A DNA stretch of 46,800 nucleotides, counting the filler, from Catajapyx aquilonaris (Eukaryota), in the NCBI GenBank assembly GCA_000934665.2. It is 2 parts of 2 records of this genome, joined end to end, with 100 filler letters (N's around TTAATTAATTAA, not from the genome) between each part and the next. Parts side by side here need not be neighbours in the genome. Positions count along the whole stretch, not along the records: positions 1 to 23,356 come from JYFJ02005698.1; positions 23,457 to 46,800 come from JYFJ02005699.1. The stretch is one strand, 5' to 3'. Of the stretch, positions 13,357 through 25,029 are shown in pieces; within the stretch, counting starts at the first letter, position 1, and each line of letters starts with the position of its first letter. The notes under the pieces are model-generated. The model made no database searches and was not told the DNA's origin. It worked only from the letters and a program-made list of their open reading frames with translations. Position numbers and translations under genes: made by a program.

Positions 13357-14850
13357 GTCATAACGCAAGGGACAAGTGTTTGGATGATGATGATGATGAT
13401 GATTATGATGATTATTCTTATTATAGTGTCATATGATTGCGCTATGATAACACATTATTTTGCAGTGCAGTTTATAATGCAAACTTGATTTCAAGCCAGC
13501 ACGGTAGGCCTTGAGTTAAGCATAAATATTTACTTGCGCCGATAGTCGCTTGCATAATAATTATCTCAAAGGATTAAGACCCTCATGTACTCCATATTAT
13601 TTTATAGCATTAATGGGTACTCATATGCTCCGCAAAAATAGACTAATCCCAAAGCGCCTCAACATTTCGCATTTATCTCAGGCAGGGTTTTTCCAAATTT
13701 CGCAACGAGGCTATCGATATAGTTTCTGTTGTAGCCTACTGTCAGTGCTTTATTTTTTGTGTTCTGATATCACTGCTGTACTGTACATGCGTACTTTAAA
13801 ACTGTAAATACTGATCAAGGACTGATAATTTCCTGATAAAATCTAAAATAAGCTACAATCTGATACACTTACCTTTATGTGATCATAATATTATGTTCTG
13901 AAAAAGTTTTACTATACAATCAAATCCTGGGATGACTCTCCTATATAGCGCCAAGAACAACTAGTGCAAAATCGGCTATCAAATTTCATAATGCACATAT
14001 ATTCGCCAAATATCTTCGGAGAAAAAAAAGAGGTTGCAACGCCGTCGCATCACTTGCCAACTATTCTCTCCTCTGAATGCTGCTCCCTTAACCCATATCT
14101 CCTCCTCTGCAAAAATTATTTTGGGAACGCGCTAGAGCTGGAAGGTTAAGTTATTTGCAATCGAATCAGATGTCATACGTGCATTTAATCACCACCCATT
14201 TCCGGTCCCCTGCATGTAAATACGCGCCGCTGTTGCTGTCACTCCAGCTCTATAGGAAGAAAATCATGACATTTTCCTTCACAAAAATGGCAAGTTTTCT
14301 GTTCACTGCAATAATATTATTACTGGGCCATTCAATGTTTGGTTTCTGTAAATATATGTATGGAGTACTGCCCCGACAGGAAAATCAACGATAAAAATAA
14401 AAATCCAGTGAATAAACAAATAAATAAATGCAAGACGACGATATATTGCAGTAGTATTAAGCAATTATTTCATGACCCAGCTGATGCCTAACATAAGTAA
14501 TTACATTTCTTCAGAAGGAGACATTTTTTGGGAGGTCATTTGCCCTTGATGATTGTATGTTAATTAGTCCTTGTCGTCTTGAAATGAGCGTGTACTATTT
14601 TTCTGCTTCAACTGAAACAGCCGGTATGATTGACACTGTGACTGATAGTGATATCTAGTGATATTGAAAAGAAAAGCAGGCGGTGCAGACACATCTGCTC
14701 CAAATTTTACCCGGACATTTGGTAAATTTTATTTTCTTACGAATACACAATTTAATCCAAATTCAGACCGCGACTGGTAGACAATAATTTTAAAACCGGC
14801 AGTGCATATATTTTTTAAATAATATATTATTATATTATTTAAAATCCGAT

Positions 14851-16169
14851 TTAGAAAACGGTCTTCATTCTGGTGCTGGAGCTCTTCTCCGCCGTCTCAG
14901 TTGATTGGACCTCCTGGCGCATGCGCACCGTGGCGCTGACCGCGTCCATGTTGCGGCTTTTACGCGCCCAGCGTCTGTCCAATGTTGGAACCCCAGTCTC
15001 GTCCTCAAACTCCTTCTCGATGTTGTTGAGATGCTGCTTGGCCCTGGCTCTGGCCCCCAAAATCTCCTGCTCCCAGGCCAGCTGGTCAGCCGTGTCCATG
15101 GCCATGTCCTCGGACATTCCTCTCATATTCTTCTTGTAGAAGGGCTCCTCGTCTATGTACCCGGCTGTGCGCGGTCCGTTCATGAACCGATCCATGTCCG
15201 GGGTTCGAAGCCCGACAGTGTCCAGCATCTTGTCTGAGAAGTCAAGGCGAGGTGGGCGACGACGTCTTCCTGCAGGTTCCAAGAAGCCATCGTCCATGCT
15301 CATTGGCTCACCGGATGCTGACCCTGTTCAATTTGGGGGGGTTAGGACCAGGGTTAAACATAACACCAGCTTATAGAGGGCGTGTGTGTTTTTATTTGGG
15401 GATGAAGAAAAAATTGGGCCGATTTCTTGGGCTTATAAACACATTGTTTGGGTGTTAGATAACTAGCTAGGATTGTACTAGTTTGTTAGTGATCTAGACA
15501 AGGCTAAGGTCACTGGGTGACCTGCTACCATAAGCTGGCAAACGTTTCAGAACACTTGGTGTCAATNATTGGGTTTAGTTTCCGGTCCGTCACTTTTGAC
15601 GAGAAAATGGACCGGCAACTAAATGCTGATGTACACACTAAATGCGCCTTAGTCCAGTGTATGGTCAGCGACCATTGGTCCTTGGACATGGGCTAATACT
15701 AATCTAATACAAGGCACAAGATATTGAGAAACGCTTGGCTTTCAGCTTGAGGATCACAATCTCACACTCTTTCGCTCTCATTTTTTTTTTCTCTTTGGGG
15801 ATTTGTGTATTTTATTCAAACGATTCCATCGCGCATAAAACACGAAAGCAATATCCTGCCTGGGTCTCTGGACGTCGAGCGTCGCGGCGGGAAGACGTCG
15901 TCCAGATACATGGAAGCAGGTCGTTGGGGCCCTTCGTAGTCTCTCTCTGTCCAGTTCCTTCCTCCGACGCCGTTGATCGGGTCAACGGCTAACCTCTCGG
16001 CGAAGGTCTGGTGACCCGGAGGCCTCGCGTCCTTCTGGCCCACGTCCCTCTGGGCCAGGTACCGGGTCAGAGGTCGGTAGTAGTGCTCGCCAAAGTTGTA
16101 GTTGTATTCGTAGGTGCGGGTCGGCGGACGCCAGCGGGTACTGACGCGGGTTGGACGCCTCGAGGACAT
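14851..16169 (-). CDS. WYR-domain (flightin/miniparamyosin N-terminus-like) protein paralog B, about 260 aa, two coding exons
   Basis: Exons 16169-15860 and 15323-14851 (310+473 nt = 261 codons). RWRPPTRTYEYNYNFGEHYYRPLTRYLAQRDVGQKDARPPGHQTFAERL is a WYR-like motif. Exon 2 has a CTAAC branch-like site and AACAG acceptor. The best phase-matched donor is GC (CCAG|GCAGGA). C-terminal part is partly helical/charged. Confidence 0.75.
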
Positions 16170-19100
16170 TTTTCTAAACGGGAACTGCAGCAAAGAATTG
16201 GGGGAAGAAAGAAAATTGTTATCAAGAATAGCCAAATAACGAATAGCAGTAGCGAATAAGTGATGATAACTGCGAATTGTCTTTTCTTAGTAGCTATCAT
16301 CATGCCCATATGTTTTCTTTTAAAATATACGCCGCAAATCCGCAATTCTACTTCTATATCAGTTCAAAAAAAAAAGAAAATCGAAATTAAAATGCTAGGG
16401 GCAACAAATGTAAGGTAAACGAACAATTTACTTCCCAAATAAATAGCTTACAAATCTCGAGAACTTGCTTGATCTTCAAGCTCTGTATGAACAAGTTTAT
16501 GATGCTAACTTATCACGATTGTTGCTTAAAACACAAGTATGTGACATGTTAATATTTAATGCGTGCAATATAATATTTCAGAGCGATTTTGATTTGAGAA
16601 ACGTGGCCTTCGTTTGTCCAAAACAAACCCAAGGCTGTGAACGAGTTATTCATTTTTAACGGAAGTTTTCTACCGGTTTCAACATTTACTGCTGCTGTTC
16701 CGTGCCATTAAAAATTGCTATTATTAGAACCAGATTTCAGTTGGTTGCTAAATGGCTAAACTGCTACTTATCACGATTAACGGTCACCACTTCAATGGTT
16801 TTAAATCGTGTTGCCTGTTGCGAATGAAGAGAGATATTCCTTTCTTGGTGGTGGTCAACACGTCGTCTGAGTCACTCAACAACAAACAACAATACAGTTC
16901 ATCGCTTCAGAATGCCCGGTGGCTACTATATTTACAGCTTCTGTTCACTGTTCTCTCCTGTAGTTGCCCGGCCAGAGTTAATTGCCCAAACAAACCTGGT
17001 GCCGGATAGAGGCTATAGGACCTATAAAAGCGCCTTTCCACGTTTATCCCGCAGACCCATTTGGGTCAGCTCCAAGGGCTTTTGACAGACGTAAATAAAC
17101 CTCAAGACACGAGCAAGCCTGGGGGGGTTTGCAAACCTCAAGAGACTGGACAACAATCGACACACGAATTTATGAATTTGCCGGAAAATTTTTCACCATC
17201 TCCCTCTAACCTTGCCCTTTGGCAAACTTCACCACCCTTGGCTCAACCTCTGCTGTTTTGCCCTGAATTATTGAATTCGCCAGCCCTAGGCAGAGGGGGG
17301 GCTATAGTGACGGCGTCGCAAGAAATAGATTCGTTTATAGTCGGCTCCAAGAATAGACAGCCCGGTTGCATGGGGCAAGGTTAATCTTGCCCTGGTTTGG
17401 AGGAAGCAAGGGGCTAAGAGAAGATGCTGGTGAAGAAGAAAAAGTCTCTCTCTCTCTCTCGAAACAATGCCAGACCCCTCCTCGTTTCCTCCAAGGGCTA
17501 TTCTTAGTCCATCCACACGTTGCCATTTATCATATGGAGATCGCATTTTGGAGGAGCCGTTTTCAATAGTCCCTCGGTATATATACTAAAAGGATAGTGA
17601 TGTATATTTTTACAGGGGGGGCCAAGTGAGTAAAGGGGGTGGATGTTGAAAGCCCGTCGCATAAAACTTGGAGGTCTGGCATCCGAACATGTCTGGTAAT
17701 GTACGAGGTCGACTGCTACAAAGTGGTTAAGCTTTTAATTCACGTTGGGAGCTGCAGGTGATACGATTGCAATATTAAGCAAAGTAAGAAAAAAAAGTGT
17801 AATGTATTGAACAGCTAAAAAAAATTAGCGAGAAACACTTGTCAGACACACAAAAGGGTATCAAATGTGACTTGACTCTCAGCCTTATTCATTGACCTAT
17901 TTGGCCGTGTTTCAGGCGACTGATGTTGTCGTGGTGCTATTGTCTCTGAGCCAGCGATATCCGGGGAGGAATGGCGGAAACTAAAGAGTCACACCAATGG
18001 CATTTTAGCAGTTTAAGTTCTTGGCTGGCCATATTTTTTAAATAGAAAAGAATTTTCTGTCGTAGCACATCCTGGTACATGGTCATGGCAATGTGGTAAG
18101 CAGGAATTCTGCTGGAGATGTGCAAGGACTAAAAGTAGCACCAATGGCGGTCTGTGTTGGACGATGCCAAAATTCAAGATGTGGAACCGTTTACTGCAGT
18201 ACCTCCGAAACACAGCCGGTAAAACCTTGGGGCATTCCAGAATGATCTATGAACTGCTGGAATTTAGGAAGAGCTGACGTGCGGTGCAGCATAACTTTTT
18301 CTCCGGAAAAAATCTGAAAGCCCTGTACAGTACATCAGAAACATATACTTGGAGGAAACACAGTGAGATGTCGGGAATTAGCCAGAACAACAGGCGGTGA
18401 AATGCAATGACAATGTTTTGTCACGGTCACAAGAACATACACTGATTGAAAATTGCCAACTTAAAAAAATTTATATGCGTTTATTATCATGCTTTTTGTT
18501 TTGGTAACTTTAGGCAATCAAATCAGGCACGTGACAGGCTGGTGGTAAGTGATTGTGTGGTAATAATTGGCGCCATGTAATAATGGCTTAATGATGTAGT
18601 TGAGAGATGTCACGATTATTATTTTATACTATTAGTCACATTTTTTTTCCTCATTGGCTGACTTGGGATCATGTGACCTGTAGTTGTGTCAGTGTTATCC
18701 TCTCAAGTGAGGAGGCCTTCAACTATGGCAATAATCTGCGCGTGCCTGCACGGCGTTTTGAACTTCGTTAAAAATACTCTGCAACCCTGAACAAGGGGAC
18801 AGAGTATATTTTTAATTTGTTGGCAATATTATTAGCTGTCACCAAACCAAGCAGTCATGGTTTTTTGTACGTCAGAGAGTGAGAGACAAACAGCAACAAC
18901 TTCCTTGCCTAATTAAGTAACACCAATTAATAATATTCTAGTGTTAATAATTAGTGAACCAGACTGCTGGACAAGTGAAAGATCATGAAGGAGCAGAGGA
19001 CTCGTTAAAATGAATAATATAACAATATGCTTATTGTTCTGTCAGTGAATGCGTATCACCGCAAAGACACGTTTGACACACTCGTTAAAATGTGTAGTCC

Positions 19101-20416
19101 AAATGCAAATTAGAGACAATATCTGATTACTGCTGATTTTGCATTGGAAATAACCGGAGATTTTTCTGATTTATTTTTTTCAGGCAATGATTCGACCAAG
19201 CTATTTTTCCCCAATTGAAAATACTTACTGTATTTTTATGTAAGTAACTTTTTCAACCCTTTCAATTTGTACACGCATTTCCGTAAGGTCAGTCCATTAT
19301 TTCCACATCATTTGCTACCACCCTAATCTACTCGTACAACACAAAACAAGATCTCGTAACCAACACAAGATAACCTAGACATATCCAGTGGCATTCTCAT
19401 GCAGATATCTTTTCGCAGAATAATCCTTCAAAAGGATTCGTGCACTACTTTTTTCCCCCCCAACATGCGTCACACATACATTTCATTGTCCCCACCACCA
19501 TTTTGATGATGCAAATAAGCTTTGATGGTATCTGTCCCCTTGTGTTGTGTGTGTTCCGTACCTGCCTTTTTGTCGCACACCCAACGAAATTGCCTTGTCC
19601 GGAAGCGCTTCCCTTCCTGTGCCCTGGACTCCTGCCGACTGAAAAGTCCTCACCTGCGACCGGAATAGCTCAACTTGGGTCACTACCAAACCGCCTCCGC
19701 CGAATGAACCTTCTTCTTCTTCTTCTTTCCCCCCATCCATCCCCCCCAAAAAGAAACACTTTTGGCAAAAGAAGAGGGGCGGGGGAGGGGCCAGAAGCGT
19801 AGAATACACCATTTTTGTAACGGGTTGGGCTCACCTCTAATTGGCCTGCTTTTTGTAATTGCTTCACCTGCGAACAATCCAGGACTGACGTAACACCCTT
19901 TTGCCAAATATCTGCCAGCCAAACGCTGACCTAATATACACATTTAAAAAGGTGGTATATTAATAGACGATGAAGAAACACATAATGTTCGGCGCGTACT
20001 AGTTTTGGGATCAAGGTTAGGTGTGATTAATACGCCGAGTTGATTCGATATCAGAATTGATTGTAGCAGATGTGTGCAAAAATGAGTCTGGAGTGACACC
20101 TGGGGATGCGAGCAGGGCCAATTGAGGCCATGCGAATATTTTAGCAATGACGCGTGTAAGTGCAATAAACCAGATGCTACTGCCATTACTCACAAGACCG
20201 GCATATATAGAGTATACCCAAATGAGTCAGTTGGGCTTGAGTGATGATGGGGAACGAAATTGTTAATTAATTGATCTTTTGAACTAGATTCCAGACAAAA
20301 CTTTAATAAGTGCTATTACTAAGGCCGTGTTCAAGTTGATCTAAGCAGGGTTTAATAATTAATAACAGTTAAAACATGGTTAGAGAATCAACCTTGAGTG
20401 TAATTTACCCTAAATG

Positions 20417-21572
20417 TTACTTCATCATCTTGCGGATTTGAAGCAGTCTGTAGACTTCCAACTTCGTGATAACGTTCATTATAATCCGTACCAAAGGAAC
20501 TCGCATAATAACAGTGGCGGTGAACTTGATGAGAACAAAGTGCAGTTTGTCGTACCAGGCCATGGACCTATAAAAACTGGGCAGGTGTATGTCCGCTATC
20601 CAGAGTCCGTAGAGAAGCACCGATTCGCAATTGACTCCAAGCAACGACGGAAGGACCGAGTACTGTCGAGCCCCTTCCATCGTGATTCTGCTGGAAAATT
20701 CATCCTGAGCGCAAAATGTCTTGAGAGCAGGATGCAAAACCGACTCCAAAAACTCGGAATAAATGGTCCGAAAATGCTCCAGTCCTTGTCCGCAGGGATT
20801 AAACTTGTCCTGGATTCCGATATGATAACCTATGACCTGCCAGAGATGCAGGAAGCCTTCTAGGTCCTTGTCCGACGCACCGTGGACACCGAACTTCTTC
20901 TGGTTGGTCAGCAAAGGTCCGATCGTGCCCAGAACCACGGCTGCTGAATCCAGCTGGCTGATGAAGCATCTGTCCTCTGGGAACTCTATCTTGGGAGGGA
21001 TGCTGGGAAGACGCCCCATGTCCTTCTGGACCAAACTCCAGAAGGTACATTGGCCTTCAACTTTTGGCTCGTTCGAGGTGTTCACCCTGTGGGATAAATT
21101 GTGATTGGAATATACACAGACGATTCCAGTTTGTCGCATTGTACCTGGAAGTGTACACGGTGCACTTGTTCCTGTTGGACACGGCCCCGATGCTCTTGTG
21201 CATGTCCTGCACCATTTTCATGCTGAGGTACGACTTGTCCTCGGAGTTCCACATGTCGCCTTCGTACCATGACCTGATGAACTCCATGCTGTCCATACTT
21301 CGCTGGAAGGCCTTGTCCACAGTCTCCATTTTGCGGGTGTAGGTCATCAGCTGGAAGATTGGCGACCAGGTGAACGTGCAGAGAGCGCTGCAGAAGTGGC
21401 AGAACATCACCTGGAAGAAGTACTTTTGGACGAACTCCTGTCCCCTCCTGAGCTTGTCCTTGTCCAGCCAGACTGGAGGCTTGTCCAGTGAGTGTCCATC
21501 GTAGGCAGGTATGTTGGCTCCTGTTCGAAGTTGACGAAATGGCGATGAAACGTCCTCGCTCTTGGCTTTCAT
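20417..21572 (-). CDS. MpaB/rubber-oxygenase-like (DUF2236-type) protein, about 365 aa, two exons
   Basis: Exons 21572-21145 and 21086-20417, joined by a 58-nt GT-AG intron (phase 2). Motifs PVWLDKDKLRRGQEF, SWYEGD..V.DMH, ISQLD, EGFLHLWQVIGYHIGIQDKFN are typical of the arthropod-expanded members. An alternative in-frame ATG lies at 21680. Confidence 0.8.
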
Positions 21573-22875
21573 TCTCGATACTGTGTGTTGAGTCTGAGTA
21601 CTACAGCACTGTATGACAACAAGTGTTGTGGCTCGATGTTTACTTCCTCGTCCTTCAGTGTTATCGCTGATAAGCTCCATTGCGACGAAGCATCATGTAA
21701 ATGTACTGATATGGCACAATCCCTTTTTTTTGTTGGGCATTGCACGCAACCTCCCTGAATCAGATTACTACGTATTATGGTGAGTCATAAATTCATGCTG
21801 CATTTGGTATTGTGCGAAGAATACAGATTTTCCCACGAGTTCATTTCCTTTTGGTGTGTGACATATATCATAATTTCGGATAAAGGAAAGCCACTGACTT
21901 GAACAATGTTATACAATTAAGATTTTGTGCCACACCTGGCCGTAAACCACATTATTTTACACATGTTTTCATGCATTTCAGCTCAACACCCAGTGATTAT
22001 TTCCACCTAATTCTGGCAGCGTCAAATGGGCCAAGTTGCGACCGCCCAATTCCTTGCCCAATTTAGGTTAGAATATCTGTCCGGCTCAGTTGGCCTCGCA
22101 GATGAGCCCGGGCTGGTTGAAAGAAGAAAAAGTGCGTGCCAGACACTACCTGCAGTGATCGGAAGTTCAAGACGTCATGACCTGGGCATCTCAACATTAC
22201 GGTAATTATGATCTTTGCACTTCCTAATTATGATCAGGGTGTAACTTACACAAAAATGTGTGTGCGCAGGTGGAGCAAACATATCAGGACAACTTGTTGC
22301 AGGTTTATTAGAGGAACACTTGGTCTGTTTATACGCAAAGTTTGGACACAAAAGCACCTGTATGGACAGATTGGAGACAAATAACACCCGATCACTTTTG
22401 CGCGATATTTATTTCTATGACAAACAAGTAACAAAGCTACCCAAGAGAAAAAGACTGCACTGGGCAGTGAACGTGAACGCAACAAATAAAGAGGAGCAAT
22501 CTGAATAATCCTGCTACATTTTTAGCGAACCACAATATTGCAGTCCACTCAACTAGTAAATAGGTCAAATCAGTCAGGCATCATGACCGGGCTATGTACA
22601 AATGGGGGATTACAAAGGTTGAAGGTCACGAGGCCTGTCTGATTAATTGGGAGGGAAATTAAACGGGGGGGCTGTAACTTTTGGTATATGAATCGTTCGC
22701 AGGTACGTGGGACAAATTTGGCTACAGCTCGTTGACTGGACATATTTCGCAGTGTTGGAAGGTTTATTATGTATACAAATTTCTGGACCTGTTCACACTG
22801 CATTTTTTTAAAAGGGGAAGGAAGGATTGAATGGTTCGGGGGGGAAAAGGCGGACTACACAGTACAGAAATTACA

Positions 22876-23356
22876 CTAAGTCGACTTTGGGAAACAAGTG
22901 TCGCCTTCCACTCGTCTCTGTCGGATAAGAGGCGGCCTCTTGACATTTGCGTGGTCAGTTCTGTCCTCTCCGTCCATACCTGAATCGCTGGAATCATCCT
23001 CGCTCAAGCCGTGCTTCTCGCCTGGACAGCCATTCGCAATAACTGAAATCACACCAAAAATTAGGCGTCGCAATTATTAAAACCACCGACAAATAGAACA
23101 TACACGGCTGGACATAATAGCAGTCGCTTGTAAATTTACAGACGTGGGCGGCGCCAGTGAACGTTATTGTGGCGTTTTCAGGTGACAACGCCACGATAAC
23201 ATTCAGGGGGAACTGCCCATGTCTGAAAATTTCTATTATGTCCAGCCTCCAAATAGTCCGACCTGCAGGAACTTTGGTGACCCCGTGACCTTCTTCCTCG
23301 GATATACATGGGACAAGGACAGGCAACAAGACGCCACCACAGTCAGGGACGACCAC
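22876..23356 (-). CDS. Possible 3' end of an unidentified gene truncated by the assembly gap
   Basis: Open frame from the gap edge to a donor at 23263 (GCAG|GTCGGA) joins in phase to acceptor TTTCAG at 23042, reading ..TKVPAVIANGCPG..RPPLIRQRRVEGDTCFPKST*. Minus-strand AATAAA near 22763. No recognisable domain. Confidence 0.35.
23106..23247. repeat. Imperfect ~140-nt fold-back hairpin
   Basis: GGCTGGACATAATAG/CTATTATGTCCAGCC outer arms, AAATTTACAGACGTGGGC/GCCCATGTCTGAAAATTT middle, GTTATTGTGGCGTT/AACGCCACGATAAC inner stem. Confidence 0.8.
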
Positions 23357-23456
23357 NNNNNNNNNNNNNNNNNNNNNNNNNNNNNNNNNNNNNNNNNNNN
23401 TTAATTAATTAANNNNNNNNNNNNNNNNNNNNNNNNNNNNNNNNNNNNNNNNNNNN
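23357..23456. other. Assembly gap/contig-joining spacer
   Basis: 44 N + TTAATTAATTAA (stops in all six frames) + 44 N = exactly 100 nt. Confidence 0.95.
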
Positions 23457-23870
23457 TGATAAAACTAACTAATGAATTATTATGAATAAAAACTGATAAA
23501 ACTAACAAATGAATTATTAGTAATAAAAACTGATAAAACTAACAAATGAATTATTAGTAATAAAAACTGATAAAACTGAATAAAATCTAACTTATGAAAT
23601 CCGATAAAGCTTATAAAATGTAAATTATAAAATCTGATAAAACTAATAAAATCTAACGTAAATCATAAAGTAACTAATAAAAACCAGCTCATAAAACTGA
23701 ATGATAAAATAAGTAATGAAACTAATGCAACTGAAAAACTAACTGATAAAATGACCGGTTTATTAGTTTTGTCGGTTATTTTTATCAGTGAGTGGATTAG
23801 TTTTGTCAGTTATTTTTATCCGTTTATTAGTTTTGTCAGTTATCTTATCAGTTTGTTAGTTTTTATAGGA
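23457..23870. repeat. AT-rich degenerate tandem repeat (~37-bp unit) that flips orientation near 23755
   Basis: AATAAAAACTGATAAAACTAACAAATGAATTATTAGT units, then reverse-complement-like TTTATTAGTTTTGTCAGTT units. Confidence 0.7.
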
Positions 23871-25029
23871 GAGTTCACTACTTTTATTGGAGAGTTATTA
23901 TTATTGTTTATTACCCTTTCTAAGGTACAATACCTTCTGAGGGGGAATTGCCCCTACAAAACAAGTTTACATAGCACAAACTCTGGCTTATCCTTTTACC
24001 ATATTACAGTAATTTATGTAGATATTAACCAATTCACAATTTGAAAATAAATAAATACATAAATAAATAAGTAAATAAATAAATGGCTAACAAATGACGG
24101 ATTACACTTTGAAATCTACGACTTTATTGGAGAGTTCGTTAGTATTACCAGTTAGTTCATTAGCTGCATTAGTTTTATCAGTTAGTTTCAGCTAATAAGA
24201 CTAATTAAAACTAATAAAGCAACTGATGAAAGTAATACACCGACCTATAAGGCGAACTAATAAAACGATCTAATAAAACAACAGAATAACTGATTAGACA
24301 ATAATTGATGTGCTTCATTTGCGTGCATATTTTCCAACAATGTGATGTGGGGCAGAAAAAAGTGTGTTTCAAAGGAGGTGGGAGCGGTCAAAACGGCAAC
24401 AATGGTGTGTAATTTAATCCTGGGGCAATCCAATTTGTGTTAGGAGACCCGGGGAAGGCTTTTCATTCGTCACACCGAAATAATCCTGGTGGGGTTTTTG
24501 GTGATGGTAAAATGAAGCCTGTGGGGGTGGGGAGGGTTTTGATAATAATATGCCGCTTTGGGGGAGGGAGGATTTTAGCCAGATTTCAAGCCATCAGGAT
24601 TTGGTGATTTTGTTTGAAAAAAAAAATGTATATAATCGAAGGAAATTATTGGGGGGGAGGGCTATTGGTTTTTTATCTTATGATGATGCGGGTGGTAGCA
24701 GGTGTGGAGGCTGGAGAATGTTCATCAAGGATTCAAGGCGTGAGGTCGTTTCGTTAGAGTCATCAATACCTCTGGTGTTGTAATAAACTTCTCCTCTTAA
24801 CAATTTTGAGAGGGGGAGATAAGGAGACCTGGAGAGAGTTGAGAGAAGGAGGGGGATGCTGCAGACTTTCCACGACCTAGGACTCTTAAGGCTGTGGGTC
24901 GATACTTTATGGTATAGGAGGGGGGGGACTAGAAGAAGATGGGGAAGGAAAATCTAGGTTGCTGACCTTTTAACCCCTTGTATTAAAATGCAAAATAAAA
25001 TATATTTAAAGACAATTCTTTCCTTACAG

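Noticed and set aside
17022..17030. TATAAAAG box upstream of WYR paralog B
   Set aside because: It lies on the plus strand, opposite to the gene, and the transcription start cannot be placed from sequence alone.
21057..21145. Apparent frameshift/pseudogene between the 207-aa and 240-aa ORFs
   Set aside because: A canonical 58-nt GT-AG intron (21144-21087) restores the frame.
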